From Escherichia phage ST0: a stretch of 64,000 nucleotides of DNA. Position numbers and translations under genes: made by a program. The stretch is taken from sequence record MF044457. The stretch is one strand, 5' to 3'. Position 1 is the first letter of the stretch, and each line of letters opens with the position of its first letter. The notes beneath the pieces are model-generated. The model was not told the origin of the DNA, made no database searches, and was given only the letters and a program-made list of their open reading frames with translations. This document shows, piece by piece, positions 34,065 to 43,935 of the stretch.

Positions 34065-35390
34065 ATGCAATTGAATTCTCGTAATCTAAAAAGTATTATT
34101 GATAACGAAGCCTTAGCATATGCGATGTACACCGTTGAAAACCGTGCAATCCCAAACATGATTGATGGATTTAAGCCGGTTCAACGTTTTGTGGTTCATC
34201 GTGCGTTAGATTTGGCTCGTGGTAATAAAGAAAAATTTCATAAACTTGCGTCAATTGCAGGAGGTGTTGCAGATTTAGGTTATCATCATGGCGAATCTTC
34301 TGCACAAGATGCAGGTGCATTGATGGCTAACACATGGAACAACAACTATCCGTTGTTAGATGGCCAAGGCAACTTTGGTTCTAGAACAGTCCAAAAAGCT
34401 GCAGCATCTCGTTATATTTTTGCTCGTGTAAGTAAAAATTTCTATAACGTATATAAAGATACTGAATATGCTCCAGCTCATGAAGATAAAGAACACATTC
34501 CGCCAAAATTCTATCTTCCTATTATTCCGACAGTTCTTTTGAATGGCGTCTCCGGTATTGCAACCGGTTACGCAACAAATATTCTGCCTCATAGTTTTAA
34601 ATCAGTCAAAAAGGCTGTATTACAAGCTCTTCAAGGTAAAAATGTCACTAAGCCAAAAGTTGAATTCCCGGAATTCCGTGGTGAAGTACATGAAGTTGAT
34701 GGGCGTTATGAGATTCACGGAACATATAAGTTCACATCTCGCACTCAAATGCAGATAACTGAAATCCCATATAAATTCGACCGTGAAACGTATGTGAGTA
34801 AGGTTCTTGACCCGTTGGAAGACAAAGGTCTAATCTCATGGGAAGATGATTGTGGTGAACACGGCTTTGGGTTTAAGGTGAAGTTCCGTAAAGAGTACTC
34901 GCTTCCTGATGATGAAGAGCTACGTCATGAAAAAATCATGAAAGATTTTAGTCTCATCGAACGTCGTTCACAAAACATCACAGTGATTAATGAAAAGGGT
35001 AAATTAGCAGTCTACGATAACGTAGTGGACTTAATCAAAGATTTTGTTGAAGTCCGTAAGACTTACGTTCAGAAACGTATTGACAACAAAATCCTTGAAT
35101 CTGAAAAAGCGTTTAAACTTGCTTTTGCTAAGGCACACTTCATCAAAAAAGTTATTACAGGTGAAATTGTGATTCAGGGCAAGACTCGTAAAGCTTTGAC
35201 TGAAGAGCTAGCACAAATCGAAATGTATAAAGAACATGTCGATAAACTGGTAGGTCTTAACATCTTCCATATCACTTCCGACGAAGCACGTAAACTGGCA
35301 GAAGAAGCTAAAGCTAAGAAAGAAGAAAATGAGTATTGGAAGTCTACCGATGTTGTGACAGAGTACACTAAAGACTTGGAGGCACTTTGA
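34065..35390 (+). CDS. 52: DNA topoisomerase II medium subunit gp52
   Basis: 441 aa; MQLNSRNLKSIIDNEALAYAMYTVENRAIPNMIDGFKPVQR... matches the GyrA-like N-terminus of T4 gp52. Confidence 0.95.
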   Translation: MQLNSRNLKSIIDNEALAYAMYTVENRAIPNMIDGFKPVQRFVVHRALDLARGNKEKFHKLASIAGGVADLGYHHGESSAQDAGALMANTWNNNYPLLDGQGNFGSRTVQKAAASRYIFARVSKNFYNVYKDTEYAPAHEDKEHIPPKFYLPIIPTVLLNGVSGIATGYATNILPHSFKSVKKAVLQALQGKNVTKPKVEFPEFRGEVHEVDGRYEIHGTYKFTSRTQMQITEIPYKFDRETYVSKVLDPLEDKGLISWEDDCGEHGFGFKVKFRKEYSLPDDEELRHEKIMKDFSLIERRSQNITVINEKGKLAVYDNVVDLIKDFVEVRKTYVQKRIDNKILESEKAFKLAFAKAHFIKKVITGEIVIQGKTRKALTEELAQIEMYKEHVDKLVGLNIFHITSDEARKLAEEAKAKKEENEYWKSTDVVTEYTKDLEAL

Positions 35391-35466
35391 GTGCCCTAGC
35401 CTTAGGATTTCTCGGTGCAATAGCTGCACTAGTGATTTGGCTGTATTGGTTGGACAAACATGATTA

Positions 35467-35486
35467 GGGAGCTTCGGCTCCCTTTT
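35467..35486 (+). terminator. UUCG-tetraloop terminator after gene 52
   Basis: GGGAGC-TTCG-GCTCCC followed by TTTT. Confidence 0.75.
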
Positions 35487-35507
35487 GTGCATTTTTCTCG
35501 CAAAACA

Positions 35508-35536
35508 GTTTACATGTGCTTCAAACATGATATTAT
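35508..35536 (+). promoter_or_regulatory. early promoter
   Basis: GTTTAC, 17 bp, TATTAT, then AGACCTATCAAAACAAA. Confidence 0.55.
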
Positions 35537-35575
35537 AGACCTATCAAAACAAAACAACCAAATTGGAGAAATAAA

Positions 35576-35791
35576 ATGTCTAAAATGAAATTAACCCAAA
35601 ACACAACTACTCGTTTTGGTAAAGTTAAACCTGGTATGAATGCTCCCCGTAAAGCACTTGTTGAAGAATTAAATTTCTTAGAAGTTGAAATCAATTCTTT
35701 AGTGGTTCGCGGTTCAAATGGTCATCATTTAGAAAAGCTTCGTTCTAAAAAGGCAAAACTTATTGGCCTTATTAAAGAAATGAGTTTGTAA
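35576..35791 (+). CDS. hypothetical small basic protein
   Basis: ORF track 71 aa; leader and first codons near-identical to those of motA. Confidence 0.45.
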   Translation: MSKMKLTQNTTTRFGKVKPGMNAPRKALVEELNFLEVEINSLVVRGSNGHHLEKLRSKKAKLIGLIKEMSL

Positions 35792-35827
35792 ATTTTACCA
35801 GGGCTTTTGAAAAAGAGCCCAAAATAA

Positions 35828-35856
35828 AGTTTACTTTTGCTTCAAACATGATATTA
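35828..35856 (+). promoter_or_regulatory. early promoter of motA
   Basis: GTTTAC, 17 bp, TATTAT. Confidence 0.55.
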
Positions 35857-35894
35857 TAGACCTATCAAAACAAATACTAATTTGGAGAAATAAA

Positions 35895-36527
35895 ATGTCT
35901 AAAGTTACTTACATCATCAAAGCTTCTGAAAACGCTCTGAATGAAAAAACTGCTGCAATAATGGTTTATATCATTAAGAACAACTTCACCACTGCTGCCA
36001 ATGTCCGTGAAGCTCTGGAAGCGGAATACAATGCATCGGTTGTTAACTCTAACATTGGTGTATTGATTAAGAAAGGTTTAGTCGAAAAATCTGGTGATGG
36101 ACTTATAGCAACAGGCGAAGCAATGGATATTATCCAAAAAGCTGCAGACCTCTTTGCCCAAGAAAATGCTCCAGAACTTCTTCAGAAACGTAACACTAGA
36201 AAAGCACGTGGAGTTACTCCTGAAATGCATGAATTAGCAAACTTTGTTTTTGAAAATATTAAAGATAAAGTTGAAGTTAAAGAAATTGGTGAAAACCGTA
36301 GTAACTTGGAAGTTCGATTTGCAAAACGAGTTCTAGGTATTCGTCAGATCGAAATTCGTCGAAATGGTTCTCTTAGAATCTTTGCATACAACATGTCAGA
36401 AACCGAATCAAAGCTGTTTACTTCTCTTGAAAATGATGTTAAGATTAAGATCGGTGGTAAATATACTTACATTGACTTCCCTAATGTGTCCAAAGAAATC
36501 ATTACCCTTGTAACTAACGTACTGTGA
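35895..36527 (+). CDS. motA: MotA middle-transcription activator
   Basis: 210 aa; MSKVTYIIKAS...NSNIGVLIKKGLVEKSGDGLI...QENAPELL matches remembered T4 MotA. Confidence 0.9.
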   Translation: MSKVTYIIKASENALNEKTAAIMVYIIKNNFTTAANVREALEAEYNASVVNSNIGVLIKKGLVEKSGDGLIATGEAMDIIQKAADLFAQENAPELLQKRNTRKARGVTPEMHELANFVFENIKDKVEVKEIGENRSNLEVRFAKRVLGIRQIEIRRNGSLRIFAYNMSETESKLFTSLENDVKIKIGGKYTYIDFPNVSKEIITLVTNVL

Positions 36528-36537
36528 GGAATACATA

Positions 36538-36882
36538 ATGAATAAGCTGAATATTATTAACGAACTTCGTAAATGTGCAGAACCTACTCAGGAAGGATGG
36601 GATATTTGGTACCACGGGGCTTATCTTGGAACTATAGTTAAAGTTAAAGCTGGGTTATATTTAATTATTCGCGAAAATTCTGAATTCCCTAATGGAGTAG
36701 CTCCTGGCGGTATACGTAAAAACTTTATGGCAGCGATCAGTTCATTTGTTGATGCCGCTTACGAAATCTATAAAGAAGATTATAAAGAATATCAGCAGTC
36801 ACAACCGGTTATTCGTTCGATTGGTGTAAATAAACAAGCACAAAAATCTATTTGGCAACGTATTAAGGAATGGTTTAAATGA
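36538..36882 (+). CDS. hypothetical protein
   Basis: ORF track 114 aa. Confidence 0.45.
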   Translation: MNKLNIINELRKCAEPTQEGWDIWYHGAYLGTIVKVKAGLYLIIRENSEFPNGVAPGGIRKNFMAAISSFVDAAYEIYKEDYKEYQQSQPVIRSIGVNKQAQKSIWQRIKEWFK

Positions 36883-37340
36883 AATCATTTAAAGAACGTT
36901 TAGAGCTATTAGATTTGGCCTTGTCTCGTGAGACTCCTGAAAGTCTAGCAGAAAAATTCCAGTCCTACGGTTATAATTATTCTGCTGATGATATAATGAA
37001 TGAAGTTCCTGAAATCTGTTGGCAAACGTGCTATTGGAATAATGACCAAAAAGTTCAACGTGTTATAGTATGTGCAGCTAATAGGTTTAAATTGAAGAGT
37101 GGTGGAACTCTGGTTATTCCTGGAGTTCGTCATTACTCTAAAGATATGGCTGAAGTACTTGATATAGTTGGTCCTCAATTAGTCTCGCAACAAGTTTGTG
37201 GTGACGACCAAGGCTTTATCGACCAATACTCTAATTACTGGACTCGTGAAGAAGCAATGATTATTGCAACGTATGCTGGACAGGCACGTATTGAACGTGG
37301 CGGAAGTGAGAAAGAACTTTATTCAGAGGACCTTTATTAA
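36879..37340 (+). CDS. hypothetical protein
   Basis: ORF track 153 aa; ATGA overlap with upstream gene. Confidence 0.45.
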   Translation: MKSFKERLELLDLALSRETPESLAEKFQSYGYNYSADDIMNEVPEICWQTCYWNNDQKVQRVIVCAANRFKLKSGGTLVIPGVRHYSKDMAEVLDIVGPQLVSQQVCGDDQGFIDQYSNYWTREEAMIIATYAGQARIERGGSEKELYSEDLY

Positions 37341-37621
37341 TGAATATTAAACAACTCCAGAAAGATGCTATTGAATCACGTATCCAAGATATCAAACGTC
37401 TTAATCATATGATGGAAGAAAACTATGGTATGTATGCTAATCAGCCTGGTTGGGACGCTTTAGACCATCCTTATTTGGTTAATTTATGTAAAGGTGATAC
37501 GTTAGCAATTATTCGTGATGGGTTAAAACCTTTCTTGCGTGACATGTATATTAAAATGAACGAAGAAATTATTAGCTCGTTGCAATATCAATTAAGGAAA
37601 TTAGATGATAAGAATAATTGA
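37340..37621 (+). CDS. hypothetical protein
   Basis: ORF track 93 aa. Confidence 0.4.
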   Translation: MNIKQLQKDAIESRIQDIKRLNHMMEENYGMYANQPGWDALDHPYLVNLCKGDTLAIIRDGLKPFLRDMYIKMNEEIISSLQYQLRKLDDKNN

Positions 37622-37823
37622 TTCTAAAGTAGATTATTTTAATTCTGTTAATGATAAGAATAAAGCTTTAATTCGCCACTTTATTACTGAGATGGGATAT
37701 ACTGACTCTAAAGATTTGAAAGAGCACATTATCGAATGTTCTGTGGCTAAAAAGTTTTCTTTTACCGATAAATGTTTAAATGAGGTTATAAATCATTATG
37801 AACAATCTTGTAGCAAAACATGA
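37605..37823 (+). CDS. hypothetical small protein
   Basis: ORF track 72 aa. Confidence 0.35.
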   Translation: MIRIIDSKVDYFNSVNDKNKALIRHFITEMGYTDSKDLKEHIIECSVAKKFSFTDKCLNEVINHYEQSCSKT

Positions 37824-37906
37824 TTTCAATAAGGCTTCCGTCCATAAGGACAAGAAGAAATCAGAACTTCAATCTAAACGTAAACAAAAACATAAGGGTA
37901 AAGACT

Positions 37907-38206
37907 ATGCTTACTAAAATCAAAGAAAATCCTGCCACTGAACTTGTTATTCGTTGTGAAGAACTTGCAGAGCTTTATCAGGTTAACCGAGAAGTATATC
38001 GTAGTGTTGTTGCAGATATGGCAGACGAAGTATGTTCTCGTATTCCTTTTAGTGTTGATTTCAATCACATGAAGCCTGGTGAAATCACTATCGTCTTTGG
38101 TTCTGACTATACTGAAGAACGGGCTCTTAATGCCCTAGAATATGAAATGTCATTCTTCGACATACAGGACTACATTGATAGTTATAAGGAACGATATGAG
38201 TCATAA
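37907..38206 (+). CDS. hypothetical acidic protein (arn position by synteny only)
   Basis: ORF track 37820..38206; start moved to ATG at 37907 after AAGGG. Confidence 0.4.
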   Translation: MLTKIKENPATELVIRCEELAELYQVNREVYRSVVADMADEVCSRIPFSVDFNHMKPGEITIVFGSDYTEERALNALEYEMSFFDIQDYIDSYKERYES

Positions 38207-38340
38207 TCTTCAGAACGTAGTAGAGGCCGAACGTGAGCGTGAGGCTTTAGTCTATAATGAACTATTAGTTCAGTTCTTGGCCTTACACTCGTACGAACAG
38301 GAAGACTATACCAATTACGTTAAAAGCGTAGAAAAAGCCG

Positions 38341-38370
38341 TTTACAATCAACACTGATATTGGTACTATA
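38341..38370 (+). promoter_or_regulatory. early promoter of asiA
   Basis: GTTTAC, about 18 bp, TACTAT. Confidence 0.5.
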
Positions 38371-38403
38371 TCCATATCAACTAAGTGGAATGAATAAAAC
38401 GTT

Positions 38404-38676
38404 ATGAATAAAGACATTGAAATCGTACGTGAAATTATTACTATTGCTTCTATTTTGATTAAATTCTCTAGGGAAGATATTGTTGAAGACCGAGCAAGTT
38501 TCATCGGATTCTTGAATGAGATTGGAATTAAAAAAGATGGTCGGCAGCTAAATCAGAATTCGTTTAGAAAACTAATTACAAATTTAACTGCCGAAGAAAA
38601 GAAAACACTGATTAGTGAATTCAATGAAGGTTTTGAAAATATTTATCGTCATTTAGCGATGTATTCTAACAACTAA
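38404..38676 (+). CDS. asiA: AsiA anti-sigma-70 factor
   Basis: 90 aa; MNKDIEIVREIITIASILIKFSREDIVE...NQNSFRK matches remembered T4 AsiA. Confidence 0.9.
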   Translation: MNKDIEIVREIITIASILIKFSREDIVEDRASFIGFLNEIGIKKDGRQLNQNSFRKLITNLTAEEKKTLISEFNEGFENIYRHLAMYSNN

Positions 38677-39336
38677 TTATTTAGCCCTTCCTAGTATTCG
38701 GACCGCTTGGTTGCATATAGCCGCTAAGCGGTCTTCCTCAAGTATATTACTCCCCTTATACCAATACATCGTCACAGTTCCGGCATAGATGTTATCCAAA
38801 TTAAAGTATGGACAACTATACATATAAGAAAGTTCGGCAGTCTTAGATTTTGTAGGCAAAAATGCAAATTCTGATTTAGATGAGAAATGACGGCCACTTA
38901 AATGAATTATATATTCATTGGCCGTTTTATCCACCGGGAATCCGCCAAGGGACTTTTCAGAAATTGTGCTAGGTAGTTTGCCTTCATAAGCTATAAGGTC
39001 GACGAAATAATTTAAGTTTTTAGGTCTGAAAGAATACACAGCACTAAAATCCGCACCAGATGAGATATGAACTATTTGCAGTTGTTCTAGAGCCGCAGAT
39101 TCAAAACGTAAAGCTCGTTCTTTTTGGATTATTTCAGTATAAGTATCATACTTAGCTCTTACATAATAATCCAGCAAAATACTTCCTTTGTACCATATTA
39201 GTGCCATTAGGAACAAAAGAATAATTACCGCTACTCGGGACATTAAAACCTTTCCAGTAGCGTTATCTTTGAAAATACGATCTAGCAACCCAAATAGAAT
39301 ATCACTAAGTGAAAATGATACTTTTGGTGTTGCCAT
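38677..39336 (-). CDS. t: holin T
   Basis: 219 aa; MATPKVSFSLSDILFGLLDRIFKDNATGKVL...AVYSFRPKNLNYFVDLIAYEGKLPSTISEKSLGG matches remembered T4 holin. Confidence 0.92.
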   Translation of the reverse strand: MATPKVSFSLSDILFGLLDRIFKDNATGKVLMSRVAVIILLFLMALIWYKGSILLDYYVRAKYDTYTEIIQKERALRFESAALEQLQIVHISSGADFSAVYSFRPKNLNYFVDLIAYEGKLPSTISEKSLGGFPVDKTANEYIIHLSGRHFSSKSEFAFLPTKSKTAELSYMYSCPYFNLDNIYAGTVTMYWYKGSNILEEDRLAAICNQAVRILGRAK

Positions 39337-39345
39337 AATACCTCC

Positions 39346-39897
39346 TTACTTAAAGATATTTATAATCGCTTTGACAATAGATTTGTTTTCAAGGTCAGGG
39401 AATTTAGGGAATTCACCGCCAAGATGTTCATGCTTTTCTAAAAGGGCAAAGAATTTTTTGAGCTCTTTATATTTTCGTTTTTCTTCTCTATTAGCAACCT
39501 CTGCGTCAATAAGAGAATTTAAAACACTGAATAATTTATAGAGTTCATGAATTTTCTTATCACGTTGAACTACGCGTTTATATGCTTCATCTTCCTTCCA
39601 CCCGTCGCCGGTCCAAATGTCAAATTCACCAGGTTCTTCTGTAGTAACATTTTGAAGAGCACCTGGTGTGTCAATAACAATTTTTTGCTTATCATAAGTC
39701 CATACTGTTTTTCCACGATGGTCTTCAACATATACCCATTCTTGCTCGCGTTCGTCAAATATAACAGCATAGCCTTCTTTAGGGTCTAAAGGTTTTTTTG
39801 GTGTCGAATGAGCCGGAAATCCTACGCCTTTTAATGGTTTATAATTTTCTTCTTTGTAAAATTCTTTAGTGTCAAAATAATAGTGATAGAGTTTCAT
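39346..39897 (-). CDS. 38: gp38 distal tail fibre assembly chaperone (T4 type)
   Basis: 183 aa; MKLYHYYFDTKEFYKEENYKP...FALLEKHEHLGGEFP matches remembered T4 gp38. Confidence 0.92.
   Translation of the reverse strand: MKLYHYYFDTKEFYKEENYKPLKGVGFPAHSTPKKPLDPKEGYAVIFDEREQEWVYVEDHRGKTVWTYDKQKIVIDTPGALQNVTTEEPGEFDIWTGDGWKEDEAYKRVVQRDKKIHELYKLFSVLNSLIDAEVANREEKRKYKELKKFFALLEKHEHLGGEFPKFPDLENKSIVKAIINIFK
39357..39364 (-). promoter_or_regulatory. late promoter TATAAATA for holin t
   Basis: Minus strand reads TATAAATA, then AAGGAGGT RBS and ATG of t. Confidence 0.6.
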
Positions 39898-39906
39898 ATT
39901 ATAAAA

Positions 39907-39920
39907 GGGACAGAAGTCCC
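39907..39920 (-). promoter_or_regulatory. hairpin between Shine-Dalgarno and start codon of gene 38
   Basis: Minus strand: GGAG right after the gene 37 stop, then GGGAC-TTCT-GTCCC, then TTTTATAT-ATG. Confidence 0.55.
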
Positions 39921-39926
39921 TTCTCC

Positions 39927-42900
39927 TTATGCTAAACGAACGATATAGTTAAAAGCAACGTTTTTAACTGTGTTTTCTGTATTACCTGTACTATTTACAG
40001 TGATAGTATGACCGTGCGAACCAATAGCTACTGAATGAGTGTGAGCGCCAATACCTACGGTGTGAGTATGAGCGCCAATACCTACCGTATGCGCATGGTT
40101 GCCTGTGGTGCTAGTAGTACCAGACCAACTATGGGTGTGGGCACCATCATTTGATGTTTTACCGACCTTAGTTGCTAAAGTCGAACCAGTGATACCTGAG
40201 TTAAGTTTAGCGTATGCGTTTGCACTTATCGTAGTAACCCCGTCTCTAAACAAATCGTCTGCCCATGCAGCAGTGACCTGTGGACCTGAACGCGTGTGTT
40301 GGTGAGCACCAGCGGAACTAGTATTACCACTCACTGTATGGCTATGGTTGCCAGTGGTATTACTGGTCTTAGTACCATAATCAAAGCTTGAAGTCGTTTT
40401 GCTACCGTAATCAAAACTTGACGTATTTTTAGTACCCAAATCTGTGTTTGATGCACTTGCACTATGGCTATGTGACTTAACACCGTCTGCTTCTGTACTT
40501 AATACAGCACGACCAGATGGTTTACCCTTGATAGTTTGACCACGCATATCAGGCAGAGTGCCGGAAGGATACACTGCAGCTAACTTAGGATACAAGCCAG
40601 CATCAAATGTTTGACCTTCCATTATGGCATAGCCTTCAGGAGGTGTATCAGTAGGCCAAGGAATCGGAGCACCAATCGGGTAACTCGAGACAATATCCGT
40701 CTTAAGGTTATTTATTGTGGTATTCAAGTTAGCAAAATTACCAGAACCACCAGTGATATTACCATCAGTACCAATACGAACATTACCAGCGCCTAATTTA
40801 CCAGGAGAATAAAAATCACCGTTTTTATTAAATTCCCATCCAAGATCCTTTATAACAGCACCAGTAGAAACGCCGTCACCACCTTCGTGATAATGAACTC
40901 TAAAGTTACCACCATTAATTAAAGTACCAATAGAATAGCAACTATTATTTTGAACGTATCTTTGTTTCACAATAGGAACATAAGTGCTTGTATCGGTTCT
41001 ATCTATATTCATGTAGAACGGAGCACGAACGTTTTCATTATTTTGTGAAGCAAAAGAACCAGCTCCAGCAGGTCGTGCAGTATCAGTACATTCAGCGTCG
41101 ATATATGCCGATTGTCCTAATTGCATACGGTAATTAGGAGAAATGCGACTATGGCTAGTTATAACAACAAGTTTATTATCATTATCAACGGTCACCATAT
41201 TACCGCCAGCACCGTCATCACCTAACGTAACAGAATGGCGCATTTGAACCATACCATTATTAAGACTAATACTTAGTGGACGGAGATTACTTATTCCACC
41301 ACTTTCACCTGCATCTTTAAGTGTAGGTATAATATGCAAAGACGCTTCAGAACGACGGAAAATAGCTCCATATTCAGCATTGTAAATACGGAAAGCATCT
41401 GCGGTATTACCGATTTTAACTTGACCGGTAATAGAACCGCCACCGGATAAAACAAGCCCGTTATCCATAGTAACTTGTCCGGATAATGCACTTAATCCAT
41501 TAACTCTAAGACTTCCATCGGTGATAATGCTCCCTCTAGCATTAACTTGTCCATTGAACTGGGTTACAACAGGTCCCACAGTTTCTGAATCGGTTGGAGC
41601 TATGCGCTGAGAATAAAAATAATATCCCTGCCCGTCAGCTACTTCAAAAACTGTTTCACGAGTACGATCGCCGGATGCGTTAAATGAATTACCCCATGCT
41701 TTAACAGTTACGTAGCTTTTATTCTGCCCAGCACGAGTACCACCTTCCCACAAAATTTGCTTAGTGCCATCAACTGTAGTAGTTGGAGCGAATGTTAGCC
41801 CGGCAGTAGAATTATTAGCTGCTAAATATACACCATTATATATTGAAAGCTGCTTAGTGGATGTAATACCGCCATCAGCATAAAACATCACATTATTTGC
41901 ACCGGTTACCAATTTCAAAATACCCGGGTTAATTTCCATACCTTGTTGGGTATTGATATTCATCTGACCTGTACCACGGAAATAATGGGAAAATTTACCG
42001 CCAGAATTATATCCAATGTGGGTTTGACCATCACCTGCATTGTTTGTATCAGCCTGGGTTTGAACCGATAAAAGCGCGGCGTTGGTTCCAGGCATTGTCC
42101 AGGTTCCGCCTTGGTCTTCTGAGCGTCCAAATAATGCTTTACGAGTACTACGGAAACTATCAGGAGTAATAGAAGCAACAGAATTCCAATTACCTACTAA
42201 ATCATAAACGCCTTGCTTAATATATTTTAAACCAGTTGCAGCATCGCCCAAAGCAATATATCTTTCTCCCATTGGAGTAGGAGAGCCATAGTTGTTAGTA
42301 TTTTCGTCAGCAGTAATTGTGCCAATAGCAAGTGAACGACGTAATACCATTGCGCCATCATTACGAAGACCCATTAATTTAGTAGTAAGTGTATTTCCGG
42401 TCCACCAAGAAATTTCATCGTTCTTACCAGTTTGAGCTGAAGCGATTTCATGGTAAATAGTTCCGCCTGATTTAGCTCGAACTTTACGAAGATAGTTTAT
42501 ACCATTTTCTTCACCTGTTCCAGGATAAACATATTGAACTAATGATTGTGAATCATATTGTCCGAATGCCTTTGTATCTAAAATAATATTTTTAGTATTA
42601 ATCTGAGGTGAAGTAATATTTCCGAGAGCTGCAATATTTCCAGATGTAGTTATACTACCTCCTGATACTGCTAAACCTCCGCCGTCAACAGTAAATCCGC
42701 CGTCGCGTCGAAACGTCCAATATTTCGAATCGCCAGATTCATTGATATAATGAATCTTCAACGAACCTTCAGAAACTAAAGTACCTAATGAAAAAGTTCC
42801 ATCTTTAAAGCGTTGTTTAATTATAGGATTATATTCCGAAGTAGCGGTTGATGCGGAAATATCCATGAAAATAGGGGCTTTTGCCGTGTGTTGACCTGCC

Positions 42901-43199
42901 CAAGAACCAACTCCGGTGGCCTTATAAGCAAATTCGATATATCCACCAGATGCAACATTTTGTGAGCCTATTAAATTAAATGTACCTGTCTGAGTATAGT
43001 TACCTACGTGAGTTACATTACCGTTAATATCGCCGCCTTTAGCAAAGCCTAGGCTAATAATATTACCGAGGTCATCTTTAGTAAAAAGAGTTCGATCTTT
43101 TAAGTTTATCGCTAATTCGCCTTCGGCTAATTGTGCTGCAGTAGGATTAACTCCTGCCACTTTGCTTCTTTTAAATTGTATCTGTTTTAATGTAGCCAT
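39927..43199 (-). CDS. 37: gp37 long tail fibre distal subunit
   Basis: 1090 aa; N-terminus [13 protein letters not shown]...; C-terminal His-x-His repeats ([34 protein letters not shown]). Confidence 0.95.
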   Translation of the reverse strand: MATLKQIQFKRSKVAGVNPTAAQLAEGELAINLKDRTLFTKDDLGNIISLGFAKGGDINGNVTHVGNYTQTGTFNLIGSQNVASGGYIEFAYKATGVGSWAGQHTAKAPIFMDISASTATSEYNPIIKQRFKDGTFSLGTLVSEGSLKIHYINESGDSKYWTFRRDGGFTVDGGGLAVSGGSITTSGNIAALGNITSPQINTKNIILDTKAFGQYDSQSLVQYVYPGTGEENGINYLRKVRAKSGGTIYHEIASAQTGKNDEISWWTGNTLTTKLMGLRNDGAMVLRRSLAIGTITADENTNNYGSPTPMGERYIALGDAATGLKYIKQGVYDLVGNWNSVASITPDSFRSTRKALFGRSEDQGGTWTMPGTNAALLSVQTQADTNNAGDGQTHIGYNSGGKFSHYFRGTGQMNINTQQGMEINPGILKLVTGANNVMFYADGGITSTKQLSIYNGVYLAANNSTAGLTFAPTTTVDGTKQILWEGGTRAGQNKSYVTVKAWGNSFNASGDRTRETVFEVADGQGYYFYSQRIAPTDSETVGPVVTQFNGQVNARGSIITDGSLRVNGLSALSGQVTMDNGLVLSGGGSITGQVKIGNTADAFRIYNAEYGAIFRRSEASLHIIPTLKDAGESGGISNLRPLSISLNNGMVQMRHSVTLGDDGAGGNMVTVDNDNKLVVITSHSRISPNYRMQLGQSAYIDAECTDTARPAGAGSFASQNNENVRAPFYMNIDRTDTSTYVPIVKQRYVQNNSCYSIGTLINGGNFRVHYHEGGDGVSTGAVIKDLGWEFNKNGDFYSPGKLGAGNVRIGTDGNITGGSGNFANLNTTINNLKTDIVSSYPIGAPIPWPTDTPPEGYAIMEGQTFDAGLYPKLAAVYPSGTLPDMRGQTIKGKPSGRAVLSTEADGVKSHSHSASASNTDLGTKNTSSFDYGSKTTSSFDYGTKTSNTTGNHSHTVSGNTSSAGAHQHTRSGPQVTAAWADDLFRDGVTTISANAYAKLNSGITGSTLATKVGKTSNDGAHTHSWSGTTSTTGNHAHTVGIGAHTHTVGIGAHTHSVAIGSHGHTITVNSTGNTENTVKNVAFNYIVRLA
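39995..40100 (-). repeat. tandem nucleotide repeats encoding the His-x-His units of gp37
   Basis: GTGTGAGCGCCAATACCTACGGT and GTATGAGCGCCAATACCTACCGT are adjacent near-identical copies. Confidence 0.6.
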
Positions 43200-43207
43200 A
43201 AGTCCTC

Positions 43208-43873
43208 TTAATAATAGCCGAAATCTTGAACAGAATCTTTAATTACAATCTGGTCGAAACGAGGAACATGATTAGCCTCAGACGCCGGATTCTGTGAGAA
43301 AAAGTTTGGTGCTGTTAAAGTACCAGCCATGGTATCGCCAGAACGCAATACACGGGAATTTGCGTTATCTGTAACAATATTTATTCGTCCATCAACGTAA
43401 TCTTTTCTTGTGAGATCATTTGCTGCAACCGGAGCAGTCATATCGCTTCTTACTTGTCCTGAAGCAGATACAACGCCTTTTGTACTAATATCGCCATTAC
43501 GTGTGTTAATTACAACAGTTCGAGCTGCTGAACCTTGCGATGATTTAAAACCAATACCATTCCACGAAACAATATCGATATTTGCTACAGCAAAAGTAGC
43601 ATTATCACCGTTACCTGGATAAACGCCGCATGGGTTTGTGTTGTTTACAGCATACGGAACTTGAACGCCACCGTTAAATGTTACCTTTGATGCATACGTA
43701 CCACCATTAGCTTTAGAAACGAAATCATTATCAGCCGCTTGTGGTTTATTATATTCTGAATAGAGTTTAAACGTTTTATACAGGACGTCATCACCTGCTG
43801 GCATTAAAGGGAAATTACCTTGATGCCATATGACAGCACCGCCAGTTGTACTACCAGCTTTTAAATCGGCCAT
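43208..43873 (-). CDS. 36: gp36 tail fibre hinge connector
   Basis: 221 aa; position and length as T4 gp36. Confidence 0.9.
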   Translation of the reverse strand: MADLKAGSTTGGAVIWHQGNFPLMPAGDDVLYKTFKLYSEYNKPQAADNDFVSKANGGTYASKVTFNGGVQVPYAVNNTNPCGVYPGNGDNATFAVANIDIVSWNGIGFKSSQGSAARTVVINTRNGDISTKGVVSASGQVRSDMTAPVAANDLTRKDYVDGRINIVTDNANSRVLRSGDTMAGTLTAPNFFSQNPASEANHVPRFDQIVIKDSVQDFGYY

Positions 43874-43897
43874 AGTTGTCTCCTTATATGTATACCA

Positions 43898-43905
43898 TAT
43901 TTATA
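43898..43905 (-). promoter_or_regulatory. late promoter TATAAATA for gene 36
   Basis: Minus strand reads TATAAATA about 25 nt upstream of the gene 36 ATG. Confidence 0.55.
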
Positions 43906-43912
43906 CAAAAAT

Positions 43913-43930
43913 GGGAGACCGAAGTCTCCC
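43913..43930 (-). terminator. UUCG-type hairpin between genes 35 and 36
   Basis: Minus strand GGGAGAC-TTCG-GTCTCCC followed by ATTTTTG. Confidence 0.5.
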
Positions 43931-43935
43931 TAAAT

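Noticed and set aside
38677-39336. Possibility that the 219 aa minus-strand ORF is spurious antisense
   Set aside because: Rejected the rejection: it matches remembered holin T closely and has its own late promoter and RBS, so it is a real gene.
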